Assembly: GCA_963816145.1 (NCBI GenBank)
Contig: CAWFJP010000004.1
Coordinates: 448,001 to 512,000, forward strand
Length of the DNA stretch: 64,000 bases
Source of the DNA: an uncultured delta proteobacterium
Lineage (GTDB): Bacteria > Desulfobacterota > Binatia > UBA9968
Reading direction: 5' to 3'
In this document: positions 29,298-38,690 of the stretch, piece after piece
Numbering within the stretch: position 1 is the first letter of the stretch
Layout: every line of letters begins with the position of its first letter
Translations under genes and position numbers: made by a program
The notes under the pieces: model-generated
What the model saw: only the letters and a program-made list of their open reading frames with translations
Database searches by the model: none
What the model was told of the DNA's origin: nothing

Positions 29298-30464
29298 ATG
29301 CTAACGAGAGAAGAAAACGAATCGTTGACTCGGGTGGGACCGGGGACTCCGGCTGGAGAGTTGTTGCGGCGTTATTGGCTGCCCGTGGGCGTGGCTAGCG
29401 AGCTGACTGCTGAGAACCCAACCCAGGTGGTGCGTATACTAGGCGAGACCTTGGTATTGTTTCGCGATAAGAGCGGCAACGTCGGTTTGCTCGAAGAGCG
29501 TTGTCCCCATCGCGGTGTGTCGCTGTCCTATGGCCGTGTAGAAGCGCGCGGCATCGCGTGTGCCTATCATGGATGGCTTTTCAACACTAAGGGTAATTGT
29601 CTGGAAACCCCGGCTGAGCCGTGCGGAAGCAAATTCCATCTCACCGTCAAACAACGATCCTATCCGGTGCAAAAACTCGTCGGCCTCTACTGGGCTTATC
29701 TCGGCCCACTGCCGGCGCCGCTGATCGCCAACTTCGACGTATGGTTCAGAAAGGATGGCCGCCGGAAGATATTCATCCAGCCGCAACTCGACGCCAACTG
29801 GTTTCAGCCCATGGAAAATTCCATGGATCCGGCGCATTTGCAGATTCTTCACCAGGAAACCGCGGGGCGCGGCCGCGAAATCAAAGACAGCACTCGCGGG
29901 CTCACCGACGACGTGGCGGAATTCGACTTTTATGAGGTTCCTTACGGCTTGATGAAGCGGCGCACCTATAAAAACGGCATGATCGACGAACATCCGGTCA
30001 TCTTTCCCAACATTTTGCGCCAGGGTAACGTCGGCCAGATCCGCGTGCCGATTGACGATACCCATACCAAAATTTATTTCGTGCGTTTTTATCCCAGCGA
30101 GAACGGCGAGATTGTCGAGGACGACGAGCCGCCGGTGGAATACATCAAGTCTTACAAGAATCCTCCCGACGCCATGCATCCCTTCACCCGATTCCGCATG
30201 GACGCGGTACAGGCGCAGGATCACATGGCGTGGGAAACCCAGGGGCCGATTTACGATCGCACCAACGAGCGGCTCACCACTTCAGACCGCGGCGTGATCC
30301 TGCTGCGCGCGGTGATGTTTCGCGAAATGAAAAAAGTAAAGCAAGGTCTAGATCCGATGGGGGTGGTGCGTGACCCGGCGAACAATCCGTTCATCGATAC
30401 TCACTTGCTGGAATCGATAAGACTGGGCGACTACGACCGCTCACCGCTCGCAGTTAACCAATAG
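29298..30464 (+). CDS. Rieske non-heme iron oxygenase alpha subunit (LigXa-like)
   Basis: CPHRG/CAYHGW; ENSMDPAHLQILH; QDHMAWETQG. Confidence 0.92.
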   Translation: MLTREENESLTRVGPGTPAGELLRRYWLPVGVASELTAENPTQVVRILGETLVLFRDKSGNVGLLEERCPHRGVSLSYGRVEARGIACAYHGWLFNTKGNCLETPAEPCGSKFHLTVKQRSYPVQKLVGLYWAYLGPLPAPLIANFDVWFRKDGRRKIFIQPQLDANWFQPMENSMDPAHLQILHQETAGRGREIKDSTRGLTDDVAEFDFYEVPYGLMKRRTYKNGMIDEHPVIFPNILRQGNVGQIRVPIDDTHTKIYFVRFYPSENGEIVEDDEPPVEYIKSYKNPPDAMHPFTRFRMDAVQAQDHMAWETQGPIYDRTNERLTTSDRGVILLRAVMFREMKKVKQGLDPMGVVRDPANNPFIDTHLLESIRLGDYDRSPLAVNQ

Positions 30465-30481
30465 CAGCGGGCTTCGCCCGG

Positions 30482-30520
30482 CGCGCCCCTCTGTTGCCTC
30501 CGGAGGGGCGCGTTTTCTTT
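30482..30520 (+). terminator. Rho-independent terminator
   Basis: 10-bp stem CGCGCCCCTC/GAGGGGCGCG followed by TTTTCTTT. Confidence 0.75.
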
Positions 30521-30643
30521 CTGCCTTTAACTCACTTCTACCCGGTCTAGATCATCTATTCGCTTGCCTTAGTCGGTGCGCGAGAATATGATTCTGGCGC
30601 TTTCCCGATAATTCATTGCCGAACATCGAGTGAGGAAATTCAT

Positions 30644-31378
30644 ATGGCCGACCTATCGAAACTTCGCGAGCTGGTGGCGCAATCCTGCCGGATGCTGGGA
30701 AAACTTAACTTAACCAAGGAACCGAGCGGCCATGTCAGCGCACGGGTGCCCGGCGAAGACAAAGTGCTGATTAAAGCGCGCGGGCCCGAAGAATCGGGAC
30801 TGCGCTTTGTCAGACCGCGCGATATCATCAGCGTCGATTTCAACGGCAAGAAAGTCGCGGGTGACGACGGCCTCGACGTGCCCCAGGAAGTTTTCATTCA
30901 CACCTGGCTTTACAAGACTCGCCCCGATGTCGAATGCGTCGTTCATGTGCATCCGCTGACTGTCGTGTTATTTACCATCTGCGATAAACCGATTCAGCCG
31001 ATTTACGGCGCGTATGATCCCTCGGGTTTGCGTTTGATCGTCGAAGGTTTGGCGACCTATCCGCGCAGTATTACGGTTTCCAACGAGAAGCTTGGTGAAG
31101 AGTTCGCCAAGGCGATGGGTGACAAACCGGCTTGCCTCATGCGCGGCCACGGTATTACCAGCGCCGGTCCCAACGTGCAGGAGGCGACGTTGACAGCGAT
31201 CAAGTTAAACGACGCGGCGACGGTCAACTATCAGGCTAGTCTGCTCGGCACGCCACGGCCGATTCCCCAGGAAGACATCGACATCATGGTCGGAAAATCG
31301 CGCGGCGCCGGTAACAAATCCGTGCATGCCAACTCCAACTGGCGCTACTACTGCAAGTTGCTGGACGAGGAGTTTTAG
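30644..31378 (+). CDS. Class II aldolase/adducin-family protein
   Basis: GHVSAR; EVFIH; VVHVHP; LMRGHG. Confidence 0.9.
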   Translation: MADLSKLRELVAQSCRMLGKLNLTKEPSGHVSARVPGEDKVLIKARGPEESGLRFVRPRDIISVDFNGKKVAGDDGLDVPQEVFIHTWLYKTRPDVECVVHVHPLTVVLFTICDKPIQPIYGAYDPSGLRLIVEGLATYPRSITVSNEKLGEEFAKAMGDKPACLMRGHGITSAGPNVQEATLTAIKLNDAATVNYQASLLGTPRPIPQEDIDIMVGKSRGAGNKSVHANSNWRYYCKLLDEEF

Positions 31379-31477
31379 ATCCGGTCGTTCAATACGTTCA
31401 AATAGTTCAAGCCGTTCAAATCGTTTTGGATCGCCTAATGTCGATTCTTGCGCTTCATTAGTTTTGCATTTTCGCAG

Positions 31478-32569
31478 ATGAGCGCTCTTGTCCTTGAGTT
31501 TCGCGATGTGGTCAAACGCTTCGGCGCGGTCAATGCCGTCGACGGCGTGAGTTTTACCATCGAACGGGGCGAGATTTTCACACTGCTTGGGCCGTCGGGC
31601 TGTGGCAAGACGACCACGTTGCGATTGGTTGCTGGACTAGAAGAGCCCGACAATGGTGAAATCTTCATCTCCGGCAAGCCGGTCGCGGTCGCCGCGCGTG
31701 GAATCTTTTTACCACCGGAAAAGCGCCAATTGGGCATGGTGTTTCAGTCCTATGCGATCTGGCCGCATCTGTCGGTTTTCGAGAATGTGGCGTTTCCCCT
31801 GCGCGTGCGACGGGAGTCGAATCAAACCGTCCGCCAGCGGGTCGCGCATGCGCTTGAAATCGTCGGTCTAGGCGGTTTCGCCGAGCGCGGTGCGACTCAG
31901 CTCTCCGGCGGCCAGCAGCAGCGAGTTGCGCTAGCGCGGGCGCTGGTCTACGAGCCGGAGATTCTTTTGCTCGACGAGCCGCTGTCCAATCTTGACGCCA
32001 AATTGCGCGAGCAGATGCGCGTTGAGATTCGCGCGTTGCAAAAGAAGCTTGGACTAACCGTTCTCTACGTCACCCATGATCAGGCTGAAGCGATGACTCT
32101 ATCGGACCGCATCGCGCTGGTGCATCGCGGCCGATTCGAGCAAGTGGGTACGCCGGAGGAAGTTTACGAGAAGCCGCTGACTGAATTTGCTGCTGGGTTT
32201 TTGGGACGGATGGTCAGTTTCGCGGGAAAAATTTCAAAGAGTCATTCGCGTTGCTGGTTTGAGCTTGATGGCCATAGCACTCAAACTTCAGTGCCGGCTG
32301 CATTAGTGGCGGCGTTTAGTGACGGTGCGTCAATTCATTTGCAGACTCGTCCGGAGGACCTCGAGATTTTACCTAACGGAGAGCTGCTACCCTATCAAAT
32401 GGTTGCGACGGTCGATCAGGTCGCCTACCTCGGCGAGAGTTTCGAATATCATGTGCGAGCAAGCGGAGTTCCCTTCGTTCTAACCGCTGGGAAAAAACAC
32501 CGATATCAGGCCGGCGATACGATTCGCCTGGCGCTCGACCCATCCCGAATCAATTTTCGCGCAGCGTGA
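31478..32569 (+). CDS. ABC transporter ATP-binding protein (FbpC/PotA-like)
   Basis: GPSGCGKT; LSGGQQQR; LLLDEP; C-terminal TOBE-like region. Confidence 0.95.
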   Translation: MSALVLEFRDVVKRFGAVNAVDGVSFTIERGEIFTLLGPSGCGKTTTLRLVAGLEEPDNGEIFISGKPVAVAARGIFLPPEKRQLGMVFQSYAIWPHLSVFENVAFPLRVRRESNQTVRQRVAHALEIVGLGGFAERGATQLSGGQQQRVALARALVYEPEILLLDEPLSNLDAKLREQMRVEIRALQKKLGLTVLYVTHDQAEAMTLSDRIALVHRGRFEQVGTPEEVYEKPLTEFAAGFLGRMVSFAGKISKSHSRCWFELDGHSTQTSVPAALVAAFSDGASIHLQTRPEDLEILPNGELLPYQMVATVDQVAYLGESFEYHVRASGVPFVLTAGKKHRYQAGDTIRLALDPSRINFRAA

Positions 32570-32575
32570 GCGACG

Positions 32576-34306
32576 ATGTCACGCGCAGCTACCACAACCA
32601 TGCCTCGCTCGCGCCGATTTCATCTGCGGCCGATTCGCTTGGCCGAATTCTCATTTTTGGTCTTCCTCGCTGTTGTCATGGGGCTGCCGTTGCTGTTCTT
32701 GCTTACCGGCAGTTTCAACTTGAGCGCGCCGGGAAAGCCTGCTGTTTACGGCGTCGATAATTGGCTTCGTGCCTTTACCGACAGCGGCACCCTGAGCGCT
32801 TTGTCGATGAGCTTCACGCTCTCGGTGGTCCGGCTGATTCCCGCGATGATTATTTCGGTGTCGTTCGCATGGTTGATCGCCCGCACCGATATGCCTGGCG
32901 GCAAGTTTATCGAATCGGTCTGTTGGATCGCCTACTTCGTGCCGGATTTTCCCCTGGTGCTGGCATGGATACTACTGCTCGACCCCACCTTCGGTTTTCT
33001 CAACAGCGTCGCCAAGAGTTTGCCCGGAGTCGAGGGCAGCATATTCAATCCCTACGGCTTCTGGGGCATCGTTTGGGTGCACACTTCCACCGGGGGGATT
33101 TGGTTCAAGGTGATGTTGCTGGTGCCGGTGTTTCGCCGGTTAGGCGCGACTCTCGAAGAGGCGGCGCGAGTGGCCGGCGCCAACACTGCGACGATGCTCT
33201 GGCGCATCACGCTGCCGGTTTTGGCGCCGATGATTTTGGCCGTGTCGGTGCTGAGTTTTATCCGCGGCCTGCAATCTTTCAACACCGAACTGTTGCTCGG
33301 CACGCCGGCGGGGATCTACGTCTACTCGACGAAAATTTACGACTTCCTCCAGCGTGAACCGCGGGCTTACGGCGAAGCGACGGCGTTGGGATCGGTGTTT
33401 TTGCTCGTGCTGGCGGTGCTGTTGTTTTTCTACTGGAAGTTTTTGAGCGGCGGCAAAAAATTCACCGTGGTCACCGGCCAGGGTTTTTCGACCCTGCGGG
33501 TGAAGTTGGGAAAGTGGCGCTACGTCGCGTTTGCCGGCTGCCTGCTCTACGTCGCCGTGACCATGCTTTTGCCGCTGACGTTTCTCGTGATCGGCTCGTT
33601 CATGCGCCGTTATGGCTTTTTCAATATCACATCGCCGTTTACCTTGAATCATTGGCACAGCATGCTCAGCGATCCGATCTTTTTGGTCGCGCTCAAGAAT
33701 AGTTTGATCATCGCCAGCACGACGGCCATCGGCGGTGTCTTGCTCTATTCTGCGTTGGCCTATTTACTGGTTTCGCGGCGCACGATTACGGCGCCATTGT
33801 TGGAGAGTCTCTGTTGGATCCCCCATGTGTTGCCGGGAATTCTCTTGAGTCTCGGCGTGCTCTGGCTGTTTCTGGCGACCCCGCTGCGATTTTTCCTTTA
33901 CGGCAGCGTTTGGGGAATCGCGGCGGCGCTGATTTTGGCGGACAGTCCGGTGACGACTCAGGCGTTCAAGGCCGGTCTGCTGCAACTGGGCGCGGAGCTA
34001 GAAGAGTCAGCGCGGGTGAGCGGCGCCTCGTGGCGCTATACTTACCGGCGCGTGCTCTTACCGTTGTTAGCTCCAATCGCGGCGGCGGTCGGTCTGATGA
34101 ATTTCGGCAGCGCCTTGACCAGCATCAGTACACCTGTGCTACTTTACAGCCACGAGTCGCGGCCGTTGGCGATCCTGCTGCTTGAATATAGCTTCACCGG
34201 CGAACTGGAGCGGGCTGCGGCACTGGGCTTGCTGATCACGGCGATCATCGGAACGATGATGCTGGTGGGGCGGAAATTGGGCTTGCACTTAGCGGGGAGC
34301 GAGTGA
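32576..34306 (+). CDS. ABC transporter permease (FbpB-like, fused double domain)
   Basis: Two EAA loops (LEEAARVAGA, LEESARVSGA); about 12 TM segments. Confidence 0.93.
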   Translation: MSRAATTTMPRSRRFHLRPIRLAEFSFLVFLAVVMGLPLLFLLTGSFNLSAPGKPAVYGVDNWLRAFTDSGTLSALSMSFTLSVVRLIPAMIISVSFAWLIARTDMPGGKFIESVCWIAYFVPDFPLVLAWILLLDPTFGFLNSVAKSLPGVEGSIFNPYGFWGIVWVHTSTGGIWFKVMLLVPVFRRLGATLEEAARVAGANTATMLWRITLPVLAPMILAVSVLSFIRGLQSFNTELLLGTPAGIYVYSTKIYDFLQREPRAYGEATALGSVFLLVLAVLLFFYWKFLSGGKKFTVVTGQGFSTLRVKLGKWRYVAFAGCLLYVAVTMLLPLTFLVIGSFMRRYGFFNITSPFTLNHWHSMLSDPIFLVALKNSLIIASTTAIGGVLLYSALAYLLVSRRTITAPLLESLCWIPHVLPGILLSLGVLWLFLATPLRFFLYGSVWGIAAALILADSPVTTQAFKAGLLQLGAELEESARVSGASWRYTYRRVLLPLLAPIAAAVGLMNFGSALTSISTPVLLYSHESRPLAILLLEYSFTGELERAAALGLLITAIIGTMMLVGRKLGLHLAGSE

Positions 34307-35430
34307 TGCGATTAATTGCTGGATGGAAAAGAGTTTGGCTGATCGGCGCATTCGTGCTCGGGTTCGTGTGCGTCGCGGCCACTGAGTTGCGGGCGCAGAC
34401 CAAGGCCAGCGATAAAGAATGGGTCGCCGTCGTCGAGGCGGCAAAGAAGGAAGGCAAAGTCGTGGTTGCCGGCTCGCCCGATCCGGTGATGCGCAATGAC
34501 ATCATTCCAAAATTCACCGCCCGCTTCGGCATCCCCGTGGAGTTTGTCGCCGGCCGATCGAGCCAGATTGTCTCGCGAGTCGAGACCGAGCGTGCAGCCG
34601 GAATTTATAGCATTGACGTCTTTCTCGCCGGTCCGGACACCTCTGCCAACGAGCTTTATAACGACAAGATGATCGACCCGCTCAAACCGTTGCTGGTGAT
34701 GCCGGAAGTCGCCGACGGCTCGAAGTGGAAGAGCGGAAAAGTTTGGTTTGTCGACCCGCAGGAGCAGTTCATCGTCCGGGCATTCAGCAGTGTCGCGACT
34801 CTGCTGTTCATCAACACTGAACATGTCAAACCCGATGAGTTGCGCCAGATGAAGGATCTGCTCAATCCCAAATGGCGCGGCAAGATTTCCACCGAAGATC
34901 CCACGACCACCGGTGCCGGCGCCAACAAGGCTGCTCGGTTTTATGTGCAAATCGGCGAGGAGTTCGTGAAAAATCTTTACATCGATCAGAAGAGCGTGCG
35001 CACCCGCGAGCGGCGGCAGATGACCGACTGGTTGGCGCGCGGCACACAGCCGATCTGTCTAGACTGCCGGGAAGACGATGTTCGGCCGCTCCTCAAAGAC
35101 GGTTTCAAGATACTTGAAATATTCGAGATCGCCGGTGCCGGGCCGACGATCAACGGTTCGCCGTGGATGCTCTCGTTGGCCAACAAGGCGCCGCACCCGA
35201 AGGCGGCACAGGTGTTTGCCAATTGGATTCTCGCCAAGGAAGGTTTGGAAACCTATGCCAGGGGCTATGGATCGGCGACGCTGCGCACCGATGTCGACGA
35301 ATCATTCCTCAACCCCGGCAATGTGCCCAAGAAGGGCGTGAAGTATTTCGACGACACCGATTGGAAGTGGATCGTTGGCGGCAGGCATGAGAATCGCGAC
35401 AAGGTTTGGAAGCTTTTGAAGGCGCGCTAG
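34303..35430 (+). CDS. Extracellular solute-binding protein (FbpA/AfuA-like)
   Basis: Signal peptide; AAKKEGKVVV; DLLNPKWRGKI; APHPKAA. Confidence 0.9.
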   Translation: MMRLIAGWKRVWLIGAFVLGFVCVAATELRAQTKASDKEWVAVVEAAKKEGKVVVAGSPDPVMRNDIIPKFTARFGIPVEFVAGRSSQIVSRVETERAAGIYSIDVFLAGPDTSANELYNDKMIDPLKPLLVMPEVADGSKWKSGKVWFVDPQEQFIVRAFSSVATLLFINTEHVKPDELRQMKDLLNPKWRGKISTEDPTTTGAGANKAARFYVQIGEEFVKNLYIDQKSVRTRERRQMTDWLARGTQPICLDCREDDVRPLLKDGFKILEIFEIAGAGPTINGSPWMLSLANKAPHPKAAQVFANWILAKEGLETYARGYGSATLRTDVDESFLNPGNVPKKGVKYFDDTDWKWIVGGRHENRDKVWKLLKAR

Positions 35431-35528
35431 GCGCGCCGTTCCAATCGTTCCAGGGGTTCCAAACGTTTCAGGAGTCAAAAATAATTTAATGGGTTTAAAT
35501 CGGTTTAACGAAGAAAGGTAGACACTTC

Positions 35529-36461
35529 ATGGCTAAGAAAATCAGAATCTTTTACCGCGCGCCGAGTCACGTGCCGTTGTGGAAGGTGATGGAAGAGTGC
35601 GGCTTTTTGAACAAACATGGACTTGAAATGGAGATGGGGTCCCTCGAAGGCCAGCGCAAACGTGCCGCCGAAGGTTTGAAGGCTGGAGATCTCGACGTGG
35701 TCTCGGGCAATCACCACAATCTGTACGCGCGCAAGGCGCTCTACGGCGATCCTTATGTTCACATCGCCCAGAGTAATAATTCCTGGCGCGAAAACTTCTT
35801 GGTCTGCGGCAAAGGCGTCAACGGCCTGCAAGATCTCAAAGGAAAAAAAGTGGTGATGGACGACTTCGACGGCCACACCGGTCTCAATGTCTGGCTCTAC
35901 CTGCGCCAGCATGGTTTGGAAGAAGGACGAGATGTCGAACTGGTGGAGAATGGCAAGAAGGGTACCGAGCGGGCGCGAGAGGTCGTGGAAGGAAAATACG
36001 ACGCCAGCTTCATCCGCGCCGTGGATCGACTGCGCGCGCTAAAGTTCGGCGCCAAGATCATCGAGCTGCCGTCGATGGCGATGATCGAAGGCGTGACGCT
36101 GACGACGACCACCACCTACGTGCAGAGTCATGAGGAGGAATGCCGAGCGTTGATCATGGCTTTGGTCGACGGCATCCACTTCTACAAGACCAACAAAGCC
36201 GACACTTTGAAGATCGTGCAACAACACTGCTCGGAGCTGCTCAAGATGCACGGCGACGAGGAGTGGAATTGCTTTTACGAGAACCAAGCCGAGTCCTTGG
36301 AGAGCGCGCCCTACCCATCCATCGAAGCGATTCAAAACGTTTTCGCCTTGGGCGTAAAACGCAATCCTGAGATCAAAGAGTTCAATCCGCTGGTACTGTG
36401 GGATCTCCACTACGTCAAGGAGATCGACGATAGCGGATATATCCGCAAGCTTTATAGCTAG
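35529..36461 (+). CDS. NMT1/THI5-like binding-fold protein without a signal peptide
   Basis: PLWKVMEECGFLNKHGL; DLKGKK; DDSGYIRKLY tail; in-frame TAA at 35496 rules out an upstream signal peptide. Confidence 0.8.
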   Translation: MAKKIRIFYRAPSHVPLWKVMEECGFLNKHGLEMEMGSLEGQRKRAAEGLKAGDLDVVSGNHHNLYARKALYGDPYVHIAQSNNSWRENFLVCGKGVNGLQDLKGKKVVMDDFDGHTGLNVWLYLRQHGLEEGRDVELVENGKKGTERAREVVEGKYDASFIRAVDRLRALKFGAKIIELPSMAMIEGVTLTTTTTYVQSHEEECRALIMALVDGIHFYKTNKADTLKIVQQHCSELLKMHGDEEWNCFYENQAESLESAPYPSIEAIQNVFALGVKRNPEIKEFNPLVLWDLHYVKEIDDSGYIRKLYS

Positions 36462-36493
36462 CTTCATTAATTCCATTCCGTTCGATTAGGCAA

Positions 36494-36530
36494 CGACGGG
36501 TAGCCGGGAATCGTTACCGGCTACCCGTCG
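36494..36530. terminator. Strong hairpin between convergent genes, probable terminator
   Basis: Perfect 14-bp stem CGACGGGTAGCCGG/CCGGCTACCCGTCG. Confidence 0.65.
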
Positions 36531-36679
36531 TGATTTATCTGTGCAGTGCACGCGATGCATATTTTGCCCTATTACGTCGACCACTGAAAATTTCCGCCCG
36601 TCAGTATGCGATTGTAATTCCAGTTGTGCTGCGCCATCGCGGTTGCGGCCCGGTGCGGGCTGAGGCGACCGCCAGACTG

Positions 36680-38398
36680 TTAGCTAAAATTGCTGGGCCG
36701 AAATTTACTGCGGGAGATAACGCTTCCGGTCGTCGAACCGACGTAGGGGCAGGTAGCGGCAAAGAATTTGGCTTCCTGAGTTTTATCTGCAAACCTGATC
36801 AGTGTGATCCCCTTGCCGGCGTCAACCGGCTGGGCAAGAAACTTGTTTGGGAATTGACTCTCGACCCAAGCGCGAAATAGATCGGGATATTTCCCGGTCG
36901 CTTGATTAAAACAATTGGCACAGCTCAGGAAATAGAAAACCGAAACCTCGCGCAGAGCCGGCTCCACCGCTCTGGACATATACTCCAAATTTCCCGGGAT
37001 GAGCCAAGAATAGGTTAATGGTATCATGTTCGAAGTGTTGGACAGCGCCCCCGTGCCATAGAGAGGAGCGAGCACAACACTCGGCGGTACTCCCCCCTTG
37101 GTCCGAAGATCTTCTTCGACAAACCCGGAACGAAATAGAATCGCCGGGTTGTTGTCCCGGCGGGCAAGTATATCTAAACAAGCCGATGCTTGGCGCCAAT
37201 TTTGAAACCCGGTAGTGCTAAAAGTTTCATAGGCCCGAAAATTCATCGCAAAAGCCATACCGGTAAAAAGCAGCCAATACGATAGAGGTATGACCACTAT
37301 CCTTCGTGGCGTCCACTCAAAGGCGGTTGCTGCAATTATGACCGCCGGGACTGACAATGGTATCATATAGCGCCGCTCGAGGAGATTTACGCCTAAGCCA
37401 CCGAGTATCTCTAAAAGCGCGATCGGTACGATCAACGAGATCCAGAAAAGCCGCAGGGTGTGCTGTTGCAATCCCGATATCGGGGCAATTCGCGCGGTGA
37501 CGGTATAGACCAGTCCCGCGATGATAAAGGGACCGGCGAGTTCAAAAAAAGCCAGGTAATTCGGATCCCCAATCCACGACAGTTCCGCGCGGCGCGACCA
37601 GAGCTGAGCCAACTGGGGCAGCGCCCACGCCACTAAAAGCAATTGGACTCCGATGTCTGTTACAAATTGGCGTGGCGCGTAGCGAGCTCGCAATGGCGGC
37701 AAACAGAAATAGGCTATTGCCACTCCGAGAGCGGCCAGCGCGAGCAAATAGTGCGTGCTGAAGAGCCCGGCCCCACCGGCAATAAACAACCATCGTCCCC
37801 TGTGGTCGGCGAATTGGGTCGAACGGATGAAGCCATAAAAAAGAGTTGCGGTCATGAACAGAGCTAACGCATAGGGCCTGGCATCCGCATTCACTTTTGC
37901 CATGGTTGGCGAGAGCCAAAGTAAGCTAGCCGCAGTTATCCCTATGCGCCGGTTGCCAACTAGTGTCCCGAGTAAATAGACTTCACAGACAGTGGCGAAA
38001 CCGAAGAACAAAGAGGGCAGCCGCAGTGTAATTTCCGAAACTCCAAACACTTGTTTAAACGCCCATACGATCAGGTAATAAAATGGGCTCTGTCCTTGGA
38101 ATGAAAAGGCGCGCTGGATCACCTGACGCAGGTCGCCGTCGATCGTCCATAGGGTGCCAAACTCATCCAACCAGAGACTGCGGTCAAATCCATAAATGCT
38201 GAAAACAAGGCCGAGCACGCCGCTCGCTGCGGCGAAGATGAGAAGCGGAAGAGATATTGTCGCAGAGCTCGGGCGTTCGGGATTCTGAGATTGTTTTTTG
38301 AATCTCGGGCGACTGGCGATCCAAAGTGCTAAAAGAATTGCGACGACGCCGAGGACCATGAAAGGTATGATCAGAAATGCCATCATCTGGTTGTTCAC
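36680..38398 (-). CDS. GT-C (family 39/PMT-like) membrane glycosyltransferase
   Basis: SLWLDE; PFYY; LRLPSL; ARPYAL; many TM helices. Confidence 0.85.
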   Translation of the reverse strand: MNNQMMAFLIIPFMVLGVVAILLALWIASRPRFKKQSQNPERPSSATISLPLLIFAAASGVLGLVFSIYGFDRSLWLDEFGTLWTIDGDLRQVIQRAFSFQGQSPFYYLIVWAFKQVFGVSEITLRLPSLFFGFATVCEVYLLGTLVGNRRIGITAASLLWLSPTMAKVNADARPYALALFMTATLFYGFIRSTQFADHRGRWLFIAGGAGLFSTHYLLALAALGVAIAYFCLPPLRARYAPRQFVTDIGVQLLLVAWALPQLAQLWSRRAELSWIGDPNYLAFFELAGPFIIAGLVYTVTARIAPISGLQQHTLRLFWISLIVPIALLEILGGLGVNLLERRYMIPLSVPAVIIAATAFEWTPRRIVVIPLSYWLLFTGMAFAMNFRAYETFSTTGFQNWRQASACLDILARRDNNPAILFRSGFVEEDLRTKGGVPPSVVLAPLYGTGALSNTSNMIPLTYSWLIPGNLEYMSRAVEPALREVSVFYFLSCANCFNQATGKYPDLFRAWVESQFPNKFLAQPVDAGKGITLIRFADKTQEAKFFAATCPYVGSTTGSVISRSKFRPSNFS

Positions 38399-38690
38399 CG
38401 ATTCGCGGCCCTGACGGGGTGTGCGTCAAATAGTCTAACATCGTCCACCGAGAACGGGAAGAAAGTTTTTCGCAGCTGAAGGATCGCATTTTTGAGTAGG
38501 GACCGCGCATGCGGGCTCCGGAACGGTGGTCTAAAGGTTGCCAGATGATTTCCGCTATCTGTCCTTCCAGTGTATAGTAAGCGATAAGATTTTAACCAAC
38601 TATCAGCAGACTGACCGACCATTGATATTGAACGGCCATTGTCCGTCTCCCAGCCGGTTACGTCATGCACACTCCAAGGCCGACTCTTGG

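Noticed and set aside
14995-35473. CRISPR array
   Set aside because: Repeat units are 7-9 bp and contiguous, with no spacers and no cas genes
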